IMG/VR virus record: IMGVR_UViG_3300027573_000779
Coordinates: 144,934-208,933 of that record
Length of the DNA: 64,000 bases
Reading direction: 5' to 3' (one strand)
In this document: piece after piece, positions 44,565 through 55,461 of the stretch
How the letters are laid out: every line of letters begins with the position of its first letter
Position numbering within the stretch: position 1 is the first letter of the stretch
Notes under the pieces: model-generated
Databases searched by the model: none
The model's input: only the letters and a program-made list of their open reading frames with translations
What the model was told of the DNA's origin: nothing
Program-made: the position numbers and the translations under genes

Positions 44565-46666
44565 TTTTCCCTTATATAAGCCAAAAGGTCTTTTTGAATG
44601 TCTTCTTCCTCTTTCTCAAAACCGTAACTTTCCATTGCGTGTTTGATATAAGAATACAAAGGATAGTGTTTTAAAACATCGCTCTTAAGGCTCGCAAAAT
44701 CAACACTGGGCGTTTTAGTGCTTTCAGTCGCAAGCATGAAACCTTTCTTTGCCGAATTAATTACATTAATAATAGCAAGTTTTTGGCGTGCCTTTTTGGA
44801 AGCAACCTCTAGCTTAATATAGGCTCTCAAAAGCTCCGCAAAGGGAGAATCTTTTTTCACGCCAGACCATTTATACTCGCCCAAATAACTTTCCTCTATG
44901 CTGTCAAAAGCCTCTTTGTCTGCAATAAGCTGAGAAAGGTCTTCTTTGGCTATAGTCGCCTCAACCGCTTGAATTAAGTAATCCTTAAGAGTAACCCATT
45001 CGCTCAAATCTTCTTTAGCCACCAAAGCTTTCTTAAAACCATAGACTACAGGAACAGGATAATTAAGAGAACGTAAGGTGTCTAAAACCGACTGAATAAA
45101 TTTTGACCGTTTTTTGTCGTTTTCTTCCCAACAAACTTCATACCTGTCAATTTCAACATAGACCCCGCCCTCTTCAAGGTCTACTTCTGCAATATCCCAA
45201 AAATCACTTTTAGCCCTGCCATCAGGATTAAATACAAAGACCTTTTTGGAATTCTTCTCATTATTACCATTATAGGTATTGGGGGGCACAGGAAGCTCTT
45301 TAACCGACTTAAGTTGGGGAACCAAGTCTTCAAGCCCCATCTCTTTAAGTAGTAGCTCCCGATATTCGGGCTTAGTTGCCACAATCATCCAAACATATTC
45401 ACAATAAGTTTCTTTAAAATGATAGGAAACCCTGCTCTTACACCTTGTTGCGTCTTTAATGTAGACTTGCAAGTCTTTCTTAAAAGGCAATCTGTCTACA
45501 ATCTCTAAAGATACCTTTTTGCGCCCGTTCCTATACCAACGCTCAATGAAAACATCATTGGGCTGTAGATTATTACGCTTATAAAAGTCTTCAGGAACCA
45601 TAAAGTTAGTCCCCTTGACAGACTGACCGCCAAACTGAAGGTCTAAACCCTCAATAATATAGCGCAAGTTGCTGCTATAAGCTCCATCTAGAAACAAATC
45701 AGCCCAAATTTCTCTGGCGTTCCAAAGAGTTCTGGCACTGGCAAATTTAGCCTTTACCGTCTCTTCAAATCCACCAATAATTTCTCGACATAAAAGCAAA
45801 ATAGCATTCTTGGTCTTATCTGTATATTGTAAACCTTCCCGATTAACCGCAATATCAAGGTCGCCAATATTAAAATGAAACACTAAACCAGACTGAAGAA
45901 GACGTTCTAGTTTAGCATCAAGACTGGTAAAAACACTGGCGCGAATGGGATATGCAACCTGCCCCATTACCGCATAAGAAGTGGTTTGATTCTTATACAT
46001 CACCCAATTCTTACCACTAAAAGCCTCTTCCAGTGGAATTTGGTTATAGTAACGATTCCCTATAATTTTTGGCGCAACCTTCCAAAACCTAAAAACATCC
46101 TGTGCTTTTAGTCGAAATTCTTCAAAATCAAATTCATTAACAGGGACAATAATTTCAATCCCATCTGGCTCTTCAGTGGGGCTTTTATCCATTTGGGCAA
46201 TACGCCCTTCCTGTGAAGGGTCAATGAAAGCAGTGTAAGTAGTCTTAACGCCTTCCTGATAACTTACAATAGAAAAACTGTCCCCGTAAGCAAAACCCGA
46301 CTTGGAACCAATCCCCAACATCCCAATAGTCGCATTGGAATTTCTTTTCGTTGATTTGCAATACTTTACATAGGTATTGGTTACATCTTCATCGCTGAGG
46401 CCAGTCCCAAAATCGCGCACTCGAAACTCTGGTTCCAAAACATTAGGCAAGTGAACTTGGATAGGAAGGTCCCCTTTTCCAGCCTCTACATTAGCGTCAT
46501 AAGCATTACAGCTATATTCCCTGATAACAGCCTTGGTCTTATCCTCATAAAGACTGTTCCGTAGAATATGAAAAAGCATTGAAAAGTCTTGGGCATCAAT
46601 CCCAAAACTATTCACTTTCAAATCACCTTCTGTTTCAAGAATCCGGCTCTGTTGTGTTAAAATCAT
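44561..46666 (-). CDS. rIIA: rIIA-like protein (GHKL ATPase)
   Basis: LY.DK..AVIREYSCNAYDA, RDFGTGLS, STKRNSN..IG.LGIGSKS.FAY. Confidence 0.92.
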   Translation of the reverse strand: MILTQQSRILETEGDLKVNSFGIDAQDFSMLFHILRNSLYEDKTKAVIREYSCNAYDANVEAGKGDLPIQVHLPNVLEPEFRVRDFGTGLSDEDVTNTYVKYCKSTKRNSNATIGMLGIGSKSGFAYGDSFSIVSYQEGVKTTYTAFIDPSQEGRIAQMDKSPTEEPDGIEIIVPVNEFDFEEFRLKAQDVFRFWKVAPKIIGNRYYNQIPLEEAFSGKNWVMYKNQTTSYAVMGQVAYPIRASVFTSLDAKLERLLQSGLVFHFNIGDLDIAVNREGLQYTDKTKNAILLLCREIIGGFEETVKAKFASARTLWNAREIWADLFLDGAYSSNLRYIIEGLDLQFGGQSVKGTNFMVPEDFYKRNNLQPNDVFIERWYRNGRKKVSLEIVDRLPFKKDLQVYIKDATRCKSRVSYHFKETYCEYVWMIVATKPEYRELLLKEMGLEDLVPQLKSVKELPVPPNTYNGNNEKNSKKVFVFNPDGRAKSDFWDIAEVDLEEGGVYVEIDRYEVCWEENDKKRSKFIQSVLDTLRSLNYPVPVVYGFKKALVAKEDLSEWVTLKDYLIQAVEATIAKEDLSQLIADKEAFDSIEESYLGEYKWSGVKKDSPFAELLRAYIKLEVASKKARQKLAIINVINSAKKGFMLATESTKTPSVDFASLKSDVLKHYPLYSYIKHAMESYGFEKEEEDIQKDLLAYIREK

Positions 46667-47466
46667 GACTTCAGAATACCAAATCTTTTTTGTGACGCAA
46701 GAATTTTTTAAAAAATTTTTAAAATTTATCGGGAACTAATTCGAAAAACATTGGGAGACCGCTTAGACTGCTTGGAAATAGCTTGAATGTGTTCTTGCGC
46801 AAGGCTCTTCCCCTCGGAAGTATTGGGAAAAGCGCCTTGAATTGTGTTATCTTGTTTATCTAGAACAAGTAACATCTTTTTTTTACTCTTTTTCATTACA
46901 AAGTCTACTAAACCACTCGATAATCTCAAAACCAATTTTATCAAGCTCGCGCTGTTCCATCTGGCACTTTCCTATCAGAGTTTCAAGTTGTTTGGCTTTC
47001 TTTTTAGCCTCTCGCGGACTTATATTATCTTCTTCGGGTTTGATTTTATTAATTTCCCGTTCAAGAAAATCAATACTCTTGTTTAGTTCATCAAGTTTCT
47101 TTAATATTTGTTTGGCTTCTAAGACCTTTTTCATCAATACCTTTTTTTTGTTACAAGGTATTATAATTATCTTAGATTTAGTTTTCTATCTTTTCTTGAA
47201 AACAAGTATTAATTTTATCGCCTATAAGAATCTGGCTCTCCTGTCTCATTAAAAACATTGCTTCCTCTCCATCAGTTGTTGTTCCGTTCATTAAGCTAAT
47301 ATTTAAATCTTTAGACATGTCTACCTGTTGGCGAATTGATGTAGCTATGTCTACGAAAACCCTTTCTGATAAGCTTCCTTGAACATAAGTTATGTGAAAC
47401 ATAAAATAAGAAAAACAAGCACAAATTTCTTTATGCTTGTTTTTTTGCTCTTAATTTTAATTTGAT

Positions 47467-47778
47467 TCAGTCCGCCACTTTCCGAACCATTTCTTGGAAG
47501 TAATCGTACTCCCGAACCCTGCCCACTTCCCACAACCCCTTATCAAGAGTGATAGGGGCGTGCTCTTCATGGACAACGGTCGCTGACTTTTCCAGAGAGA
47601 GAAGAATTCTCTCGCCTTCCTGAATCAGTTCAAACTCGTCCTCTGCTTCGAGAATGTGACTGTGACCAGACTCGCCATGTGCTACCACATAATGTCTTAG
47701 TTTTGTGACCTTGGCTTCCTTGGAAGGAGGTTGGGTCACCCTTTTGAACAGAACGTCGCCTTGTTGTGCGGTTTTCAT
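47467..47778 (-). CDS. Conserved His-rich partner of DUF6745
   Basis: QQGDV...AHGESGHSH...HEEH..I.L..G......REY. Confidence 0.75.
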   Translation of the reverse strand: MKTAQQGDVLFKRVTQPPSKEAKVTKLRHYVVAHGESGHSHILEAEDEFELIQEGERILLSLEKSATVVHEEHAPITLDKGLWEVGRVREYDYFQEMVRKVAD

Positions 47779-47821
47779 ATATTGTTTCTCTATTATATTA
47801 CAGCTTTTTAAAAAGTCAAGC

Positions 47822-48841
47822 CTAGGTTAATTTCTCTGCATTCGTAAACCAATTACTGTTGCGCCATTTAAGGGCCGCTTCAATCGTGCTACATTCAGGG
47901 GCTACGCCCTCCAAATGCCACACTCCAACTGAAGGATTAAGCATCTTAAGATATTTGGCGTTTGGAACAACGTCTGATAAATTGACACTAAGAAGCTCAT
48001 AGTTGCCAAGCTTTTCCAAAACCTTATGACTTAAGCTTACCAACATGCGCTCAATTCCAATTTTGCGAATTAGCTCTCTCCGCTTGTCCACATTGGTTTC
48101 TTTTAAAACTTCTTTGGGATTGAGTTTTTCCGCAGGAGTTAAAACCTGTTTTGGGGACATAGCTATTCCATTCAGGAAATAAAGCTTCCAACCATCAGAA
48201 TATTCAACCGCTGGAGCTTCATCTTTGTGAAGTCGCCCTTCGCTATTGCGCCAAATTTGGGTTGGCTTGCTGGTAACAATGAGGCAGCTATCAGTAGGGT
48301 AAAAAAGGCCCAAATCCGCGCAAGCTTCAAGCTTATCGTAGTTTTTCATAACTTCAGCGTCAAATTTAACTCCAATCATCTTGTAGGCGCTTACCCACCC
48401 AAAATAATTGGAATAAAAATGACCATCAAAGTAGGGCCAGACAAAAAGCTTAATGGTATTTTTGAGCTTTGTAATAAGGTCCTCTTCTGAAAGAGGATTT
48501 TTGGACTTGAAAGTTATTTGGCTATTAATCTGTTCCCAAGTTGTTTCAAACAAGCCCCGCAAATTCTTATTTATCTCACTAAAACTGGGGCGCTTTGGAT
48601 TCCAGTTTTCATAGCCCCCCTCACTCAAAAGGCAAAAGGCAATCCAACCGCCAAAAGGACTAGAAACATGAATGACGGGGTTTTTCTTGCCCAAAATTTG
48701 CTCGCTCCATTCGCCTCCTAGCCTTTGTGCTTCGCTGGTTGGAACTTGGCGACAGTCAAGCGCCCTGTCCCGCCAGTAATTCTTGATTTCCTCAAGTTTT
48801 TTGACTTGTTCGTCAGTTAGTTTTTCGATTTTATCTGCCAT
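47822..48841 (-). CDS. DUF6745-like protein
   Basis: KIEKLT.EQ, P......GRLH....PAVEYSDGW..Y..NG, N...RR....IG.E, LKM.NPS.....E.V...C.T...AL.W. Confidence 0.8.
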   Translation of the reverse strand: MADKIEKLTDEQVKKLEEIKNYWRDRALDCRQVPTSEAQRLGGEWSEQILGKKNPVIHVSSPFGGWIAFCLLSEGGYENWNPKRPSFSEINKNLRGLFETTWEQINSQITFKSKNPLSEEDLITKLKNTIKLFVWPYFDGHFYSNYFGWVSAYKMIGVKFDAEVMKNYDKLEACADLGLFYPTDSCLIVTSKPTQIWRNSEGRLHKDEAPAVEYSDGWKLYFLNGIAMSPKQVLTPAEKLNPKEVLKETNVDKRRELIRKIGIERMLVSLSHKVLEKLGNYELLSVNLSDVVPNAKYLKMLNPSVGVWHLEGVAPECSTIEAALKWRNSNWFTNAEKLT

Positions 48842-48897
48842 ATTTTTTTAAGTTGTTCTCTAAATCTGTAGCTATGGTAACAAAACTTTTTGAAATG

Positions 48898-49499
48898 TCA
48901 ACAGTTTAGAAATTTTGAGCTTTCGTCCCAAATTTGTTCTGAAATTTGTTCCCAAGCGTCTTCAAGTCGAAAAAACTTCTCGTTCGCTATAATTTGGCTC
49001 CGAATTTGGAGATGAACTTGGTTATAAATTTCTCCTCCAATCAAACTCCGAAGTTCTATAATTTTAGTCGTCATCTGGTTCAAACGGTTCATATATTCAA
49101 GCGCCGAGAGACTATGTTGTTTTTGTGTTCATAACCGCAACTTGTTCCAAAATTGGGTTCCAAATTTGGTCCCTAAATTGGTCCCGCATTGGAGTCCAAA
49201 CTTGGTACCTAAATTGGTTCTTAATTTGGTCCCCAACTTGGTTATTAATTTTATCCCAAATTTGGTCCCCCATAATCTGAATTTTAGTATTAGCCATAAC
49301 TCTGGTTTCTTTACTAAGGGCTTAGTGTCTCCCTAAAAACTTGGTTCCAAAGCTGGTCCTCAATTTGGTGCTTGATTCGGTTTTCTATTGTGTCAATAAC
49401 TTTCCCAACTTGGTCCCAAACTTGGCTCCTAGCTTGATTCCAAAAAGCATGAGATATAATCATAGTTCTGGTTTCTTTACTAAAGTCATGCGCCGCCAT
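48898..49499 (-). CDS. Three tandem QVWD-family mini-proteins upstream of DUF6745
   Basis: GDQIWDKINNQVGDQ; WNQARSQVWDQVG; WEQISEQIWDE. Confidence 0.75.
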
Positions 49500-50467
49500 A
49501 TTAATTTGCGCAGTTTTCCTTCAGGACCATGGGGTTGATGGACGAGGCTTTTTCTTCGCCAATGCATCCGTGGAGAAGCGTGATGTCCCCCTAGACTTGG
49601 TGACTCGTGTTCAATCTTATAACCATATCCAACAATATTAGGAGACCAAAGCGCTTCTTTTTTAATTTCTCCCGTCTTAGCCTTTTTCTCGGGTCTTTCT
49701 AAAGATGCTGGCTTAATAAGTTTTGGACTGGTCCCCCAAACCATTAAAGTAAGGATTGTGGCTTGAACGGCCTTAATTAGGATTTTCTGTTCTTCTTCAG
49801 ATGAAGGAGATGGGGATTTGTCGTTTTTAATTTTTTCATATAGTTTTGGTTGGTAGAGTTCATACATTAATTCTTGAACCTTTGTCACATCTTCCCACCT
49901 ACCTTCTTTTTCAGTTAGACCAACAGTACTAATTGGCATATTAGTTGGATACCACGCGGCATAATTAACAAAACGCCCGCTATCCATTAAAAAAGGTAAA
50001 TGAAAACACAAAGTTCCCACATTTACTTCTTGTCCCAAAACAAAATCTCCTTTATCTACAAGTGAAACGCCAATAAAGGGAAATCGCCAGCCTAAATAAG
50101 ATTCAACAAATTGTGTTGGAAACACTAATATAAAATGTTTTAAAGGCAGATAAACTTCGCTAAAACTAAAATCTTGAGGAGGGACAGTCGCCACACATTC
50201 CAACAGAAATTCATGGTCAATAAAATAAGTCGGAACCTGAGTGTCTATCAAATTGTTGGTAACCGTTTTAATTACTTGGTCTGTGTCTCCTTGCAAAGAA
50301 TAAAACCATGAATTAATAATGCCTAAAACAAGACTGTAATATTTTGGGTCATAATACCCATTAGGGCAGACAATTCGTTTCGGGTAAAACAAACTAATTC
50401 TTTCTTGCGCCTTTTCGCAAAGTTCTTTGAAATGGTCCCACTCGTTTTCAAAAATTTCAATCTTCAT
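49460..50467 (-). CDS. Hypothetical phage protein with C-terminal SPRxHWRR motif
   Basis: GGHHASPRMHWRRKSLVHQPHGP...RKLIW. Confidence 0.6.
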   Translation of the reverse strand: MKIEIFENEWDHFKELCEKAQERISLFYPKRIVCPNGYYDPKYYSLVLGIINSWFYSLQGDTDQVIKTVTNNLIDTQVPTYFIDHEFLLECVATVPPQDFSFSEVYLPLKHFILVFPTQFVESYLGWRFPFIGVSLVDKGDFVLGQEVNVGTLCFHLPFLMDSGRFVNYAAWYPTNMPISTVGLTEKEGRWEDVTKVQELMYELYQPKLYEKIKNDKSPSPSSEEEQKILIKAVQATILTLMVWGTSPKLIKPASLERPEKKAKTGEIKKEALWSPNIVGYGYKIEHESPSLGGHHASPRMHWRRKSLVHQPHGPEGKLRKLIWRRMTLVKKPEL

Positions 50468-50504
50468 CCCAACATTTTAAATAAAATTTTTAAAAATGCA
50501 AGTA

Positions 50505-51143
50505 TTATTTTTGCTTCAAAATGAAGCTTAACCACTCTACCCTTGGGACAGTTGAAATTTCGCTTGCCGCAGTCCTAGGTAAAGGTTTTTTAGGCTCATA
50601 AAGAAGTCTGTGTCTGAAATTTTCGATAGGCATATTCCCTCTTTCACTGTTTAAGTCCCTATGGGCCAAAACAATATTGGTCCACTCGTCCTTTCCACCA
50701 TGGGATTTGGGTTTAACGTGTTCTAAAGAAGCTTCAGCTAAAGTTAAGATTTTACCACTATAAGCACATTTCTTGCCATAATGACGATAAGCGTTACGTT
50801 TGTTTAGTTTTAACTCCCTGAGGGCTAGACCGTTATAGTTTTTTGCCCTCATCACAATCGGCGCTCTAATAGTTCTTTTAGAGGTATGAATTGGAATGTC
50901 CCATGAACGAACCGGTAAATTCATCCAAGCTTCTAAATTAACTGGTTCCCAATAGCTAACTTTATCGAAATTCGGTCTGCCATCATCATCTAATTCAAAT
51001 TCAATATCAATCCCTTGAGAGGCCATATTGCCATCTTCTGAAGTAGAAAAAAGATTGGTAAGAGCCTTCTTTATTGTCGCGGTGCCTACAACAATATAAA
51101 GACTATTAAGAACAAGAACAAGCTGTTCATTTAAAAGGTTCAC
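50505..51143 (-). CDS. HNH endonuclease
   Basis: VLVLN, CAYSG, SLEHVKPKSHGG...WTNIV.....N..RGN. Confidence 0.88.
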   Translation of the reverse strand: MNLLNEQLVLVLNSLYIVVGTATIKKALTNLFSTSEDGNMASQGIDIEFELDDDGRPNFDKVSYWEPVNLEAWMNLPVRSWDIPIHTSKRTIRAPIVMRAKNYNGLALRELKLNKRNAYRHYGKKCAYSGKILTLAEASLEHVKPKSHGGKDEWTNIVLAHRDLNSERGNMPIENFRHRLLYEPKKPLPRTAASEISTVPRVEWLSFILKQK

Positions 51144-51805
51144 TAAAAAGAATTGTGTCGTTAACTGACCAAAGTAAAGGACTTATATCATTACCGAAAC
51201 CAACTTTTCTTACAATATCACCCCAATCAGAAACTAAAAATGACTGATAAATCTGCGTATCAATTTTTCTTCTTACTACTTTTATCTGGCTATACGGATG
51301 ATTCCAAACTCGGTCGCGAAATATGTTTCTATTCATCGTAAATTTATTCAAAAAATTCATTCAAATAAATTGCATCGTTAAGCCTCCAACTTAAAAGAGT
51401 TAAATTGTGCCCAAGATAGGTTCTTATTTCAATGTCGTGCCAAACAGAAGTTGATAATGACTTTAAAATTTGTGTATGAATTTCTTCTCTGATTCTTTGT
51501 ATCTGTATATTCGGATGAACCAAAGTTTGGTTTAAAACCGTGTCTATGTTGTTCATTGTCTATTCAAAAACTTTACTAAATACAATTCCCTCCTCAATAG
51601 CCCAAACTAGACGATGATAAGAAAAAGGAATGGTCTTTTTGATTTCTAAACATAAATTTGAGTGAATCTCTGAGTTTTGTTGCACAAGAATTTTGTTTGT
51701 TGCCAGTTTTTCTATCTGGCTATTCGGATGAGTCCAAACTTGGTTCCAAATTATGTTTGTTTCCATTATCGTAATCAACTTTATCTTTGATAACCTTGGT
51801 GCCAA
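51127..51805 (-). CDS. Tandem triplet of HPxxQI mini-proteins (diverged QVW-family branch)
   Basis: RVWNHPYSQI / QTLVHPNIQI / QVWTHPNSQI with matching C-termini. Confidence 0.7.
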
Positions 51806-51974
51806 AAAGCGCCCCTAAGAAAACACTTAAATTTGTAGGAATTTCAGCTAATTCTCCATTTTTAAGTGAAACAATACCCCAAACAACAAAAAAAAGAAGA
51901 AAAGCAACCGTATTTGCTGTGTTAATAACACAAAACGCTCCGTCTTGCTGTTCACATAACTCCGCTATTCTCAC
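51720..51974 (-). CDS. Small two-TM membrane protein (holin-like candidate)
   Basis: Two hydrophobic segments and a charged C-tail; GTGTAA-N8-GTG upstream. Confidence 0.45.
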   Translation of the reverse strand: MRIAELCEQQDGAFCVINTANTVAFLLFFVVWGIVSLKNGELAEIPTNLSVFLGALFGTKVIKDKVDYDNGNKHNLEPSLDSSE

Positions 51975-52145
51975 ATATTACATTACACAAATTTTCAGGT
52001 TCTGGCCTTTTAAACTTGCTACAACTTGACCTATGTCTTTCTGGCTGGCTTAAATGCCAGTAATCGCCGCACTCGTTACACCTAGCCGCCCAATTAGCGC
52101 CGTCTACGATTGCACTTGGGAGTAGTGTATATTCAAGAATTGTGT

Positions 52146-52328
52146 TCATCGTTCTTCTAAAGCAACCACCCTATCAATTATAAAACTGCGCACTCCATGT
52201 CCAAAAGCGTAAGTAGTAAATTTTTCATCATTTTGTTCAATTGGATTACTAATACGATAACTGTGAATCTGACCGTTGGTTTTGCGATATTTAAGATAAA
52301 ACGTTTTTGCTTCAGGTAAGTTTCTCAT
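52146..52328 (-). CDS. Small WYL-like domain protein
   Basis: Y.K..G....Y.I...RSF..DRV. Confidence 0.45.
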   Translation of the reverse strand: MRNLPEAKTFYLKYRKTNGQIHSYRISNPIEQNDEKFTTYAFGHGVRSFIIDRVVALEER

Positions 52329-52655
52329 TTTTTCATGTTACCTGAATCTTATTTCTTGTCAATATATGATTTTGCGCTTTGAGTAAATTCCTGTATTTTT
52401 GGCAATTCGATAAAAAACTCCTTAAAATTAGTCTTAAAAAAGTCAAACGCCTGCCTTTCATTGATAGGCCCTTGGGTTTTAACATTAGCTTTAAAAAGGT
52501 TGCTGTCTGGAGTCCTAATTGTAATTTCGTAAATCACGCTTCCCCAATTTGTGCCTAAAATTCTGAGGGAAGATTCAAAGCCTTCGATTTGCATTCGCAA
52601 GTTTTAACCAAGTAATAAACCAGTCACTATTATACCAATTCTCCATCCATAATAT

Positions 52656-53078
52656 TTACACCCAAACACTTTCTACGGGAACGGTACTATCAGAAATCCC
52701 TTCCTGTTTTAAATATTCTCTAATATTCTTCGAGCCTTCCGGGTTGTGACTGTGAACGTAAATTTCTGGAAGTGGCACTTTTGTCTTTCTACAATAACGA
52801 ACCAACCATCTGGCGCAATCAAACCCCGTTAACTCAGTAATCTTGGTATAGTCTATAGGTTTCTTGTGTATTTGCGCAATTTCCCATTCCATAATTGCAG
52901 ACCAATCTAAATCATGGTCTAAACTTACTACTTTAGGAATGCCATTTCTAAGTATAAAATCAATAAAATCCTTACCATTTCGCAAAACGACCCAAGGAAC
53001 AGTTTTTAAATGTTCGGGATATGCAATCCAATAAACCGCCTCAATACCAGAACGTTCATCGTCTAAAAACAAATACAT
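52656..53078 (-). CDS. Cyclic-phosphate-processing receiver-domain protein
   Basis: LFLDDER, VSLDHDL, TGFDCARWL, VHSHNPEG..NI. Confidence 0.88.
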   Translation of the reverse strand: MYLFLDDERSGIEAVYWIAYPEHLKTVPWVVLRNGKDFIDFILRNGIPKVVSLDHDLDWSAIMEWEIAQIHKKPIDYTKITELTGFDCARWLVRYCRKTKVPLPEIYVHSHNPEGSKNIREYLKQEGISDSTVPVESVWV

Positions 53079-53696
53079 ATTTCAATCAAAAACTCTACTC
53101 GTTTGTTTGTAAATCTCCTCAGAAAGTTGATATTTTATATTCCATAAACGGGAAACAGAAGGTCTCTGCATTTCAAAAGATATTACGCTAAAATTAAGTG
53201 AATCTGATATACTATTGATTGCATCCCTAACCTGTTTCGCTATTCGGTCCCGCAAAGCTATTTGCTGGCTCGTGTCTGTTGCCATACCTCATATTGATTC
53301 CGCATTTCATATTGAACTGCTTCTTGGATAGCTGTTTCTGCCAGCCCAGTATCATTTGTTATGCCCAATGGATAATAACGAAAACCAAGCCAATCCAATG
53401 CCTGTTTTGGAATAGTAATCGTAATACTAACTGGGTCTAGAATTTGTGTTTGTATCATCTATTTCGCAATATAAAGGTGAATTAAAAAATGGATACCATT
53501 CGGCCCAAACCGGCGTTCCTTCCTGTTCTTTTGGGTCATAAATGTAAGCGCCTAAATTAGTGCAACCCACAGCTATGCCATCAAACAGTTTAAGTTTTCG
53601 GCCAGAGTCAACTTTATAAACTCTGGCCTTTCTGCAAACCTCTGCGTTTATATACATACCACAGTATCTTACACTATGGTATGTTTGTTTTCAAGT

Positions 53697-54707
53697 TTAG
53701 TTCAGCACAATCAAAGTAGTGCCGGGAACTAAATTCCTATTAAGACTCTTAGATTGCACAAAAATGTTAAAAGAAGTATGTTTTACTGGGTCAACCTTAA
53801 CTTCATAATCTGGCAGCTTCAAAAAGTCTCTAGCACTGTCGCCAGTATAAACTTTCCCGTTCTTTTTGTCTTCAACACAAATTTGTTTTGTCGCCTGTAT
53901 TGTTTCAGGCTTAGTCAGCATGTAATAAGCACTTCCGATTCTATATGGTTTTTTTGTCCAACCTTCAACAAATTCCTTAATTGCTTTCTTTTGGTGAACA
54001 GAAAGAACCTGATATTCCTTGGGATTAAGTTCAATTAGGTGTTTTTTGACCGCTTTACTGTTAAGATTGGTAGTGTCCACAGTAAACAGCTTCTTCATGC
54101 TTCTAGTTCCAGCGCTACGAGCCGTCATAAAACTTTGGGTGCTCACAGTCATTATATCACCCATTTCTTTAACTCCATCTTTTGAAGCCTCCCAAGTTTG
54201 GATGTTGTCTTTTGGAAAACCAAATCTCAACAGTTCTTTTATTCCGTTTTGATTGGGAACAAAAGCTGCGAAAGTGTAATTCTCCTCCAGTTTTTTAATT
54301 TCCTCAACTAGATAAGCCCCACTTCCTCTACTGTTGTTTTCAAAACCGTCAGTAACACAATAAACAAGGAAAGCATGGTCGCCATAAAGCGTAGCTGTTT
54401 TCCTTAAATCATTGATTGCTCTCAAATTTGCATCGATTAAAGCTGTGTTACCGTATGGTTTGTAATGGCCCTTTATTGAGGGAACCCGCATCACGTCCAT
54501 ATCATATAAAAGACAATTTATGCTAAAATTGTCTGAAAACAAATAAATTGATAGTCTGGTCTCCTGATTCATGTCAACGGATTGTTTGGCAAAGGTTTTA
54601 ATTTGCCCGTCAACGACATTAATAACAGTGTCAGTAAGTCCAGCGCTTTCAATTGAAGAGCTTGCATCAACAACAAGCGCAATGTGGTTAACAAGATTTT
54701 GTATCAT
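53697..54707 (-). CDS. vWA-domain protein
   Basis: VVDASSSI (MIDAS), GNTALIDA, VTDGFENNS. Confidence 0.85.
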   Translation of the reverse strand: MIQNLVNHIALVVDASSSIESAGLTDTVINVVDGQIKTFAKQSVDMNQETRLSIYLFSDNFSINCLLYDMDVMRVPSIKGHYKPYGNTALIDANLRAINDLRKTATLYGDHAFLVYCVTDGFENNSRGSGAYLVEEIKKLEENYTFAAFVPNQNGIKELLRFGFPKDNIQTWEASKDGVKEMGDIMTVSTQSFMTARSAGTRSMKKLFTVDTTNLNSKAVKKHLIELNPKEYQVLSVHQKKAIKEFVEGWTKKPYRIGSAYYMLTKPETIQATKQICVEDKKNGKVYTGDSARDFLKLPDYEVKVDPVKHTSFNIFVQSKSLNRNLVPGTTLIVLN

Positions 54708-55206
54708 TTTCCCATTGTATTAAAACTTTTTAAAAAAACAAGCAAAAAAATTTAGCCAAAATAGCCGTTTTTGCAGATGAATTCATACATTTTTTCATCA
54801 GCGCCGCACTCCAGTTCAAAACAAAAAAAGAAGGTCCTCGCAAGCCTTTTGTGATAGGCATCAATCCAAGTCAGATTTGCCTTTTCCCAAGCTTTCCCTC
54901 GAAAATCAAACTCTGGATGCTTTTGAACGGTTTCTCGTGAAACATGAATATTCACTTAAATTCTGTCCACATTCAAATAAATTGCGATTGATGTTTGTTT
55001 TAGGACATCGCTTAAACTGTCAGACGCAAACTGCTCTCTTAGTTCGGGCGGAATAAAACCTATTTCACTTTCTATAGGCCAAATTGTTCTCCCAACTTTA
55101 GTAAGAATTTCTTGCGATATAGTTATATGTAATTTATTAGCAATTGGGAGCCGAATGTTTTCGCGTATTAAATTATAAACCTGTTGATTGAGTTCAGACA
55201 TTAAAT

Positions 55207-55461
55207 TCATTTAGCAATCTTTCTATAATTTTGCTGCCAAATAGCTTTTGTTATATAAGAGGAGGCTTTTCTTACTTGTCCTTCTTCCATTTCTGGAAAG
55301 CAAGCATGAAGAAGTTCATGAATAAGGGTATTTAAGTAATTTTTAGACAACTGGCGAGGGTCAATTTCAATAAGTTTGTTATCGGGCCAAAACTGACCCC
55401 AAGCTCTTTCGCGTCCAAGCTTTCTCTCTACTATAGGGACTCTTTTTCTGCGCCGCTTCAC
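55207..55461 (-). CDS. Minimal HExxH metallopeptidase-like protein
   Basis: TLIHELLHA...E..V. Confidence 0.6.
   Translation of the reverse strand: MKRRRKRVPIVERKLGRERAWGQFWPDNKLIEIDPRQLSKNYLNTLIHELLHACFPEMEEGQVRKASSYITKAIWQQNYRKIAK

Noticed and set aside
33850-49538. + strand ORFs with PNLV/GPKL repeats and - strand TKFG-repeat ORFs (e.g. 33885, 34025, 36979, 36985, 37025, 39420, 39942, 49142)
   Set aside because: Shadow frames of the stop-free 12-bp unit; only the QVWD frame has consistent starts, orientation and operon coupling.
50505-51143. HNH as intron-encoded or Cas-like nuclease
   Set aside because: Free-standing 212-aa McrA-like HNH with no interrupted host gene and no RuvC motifs.
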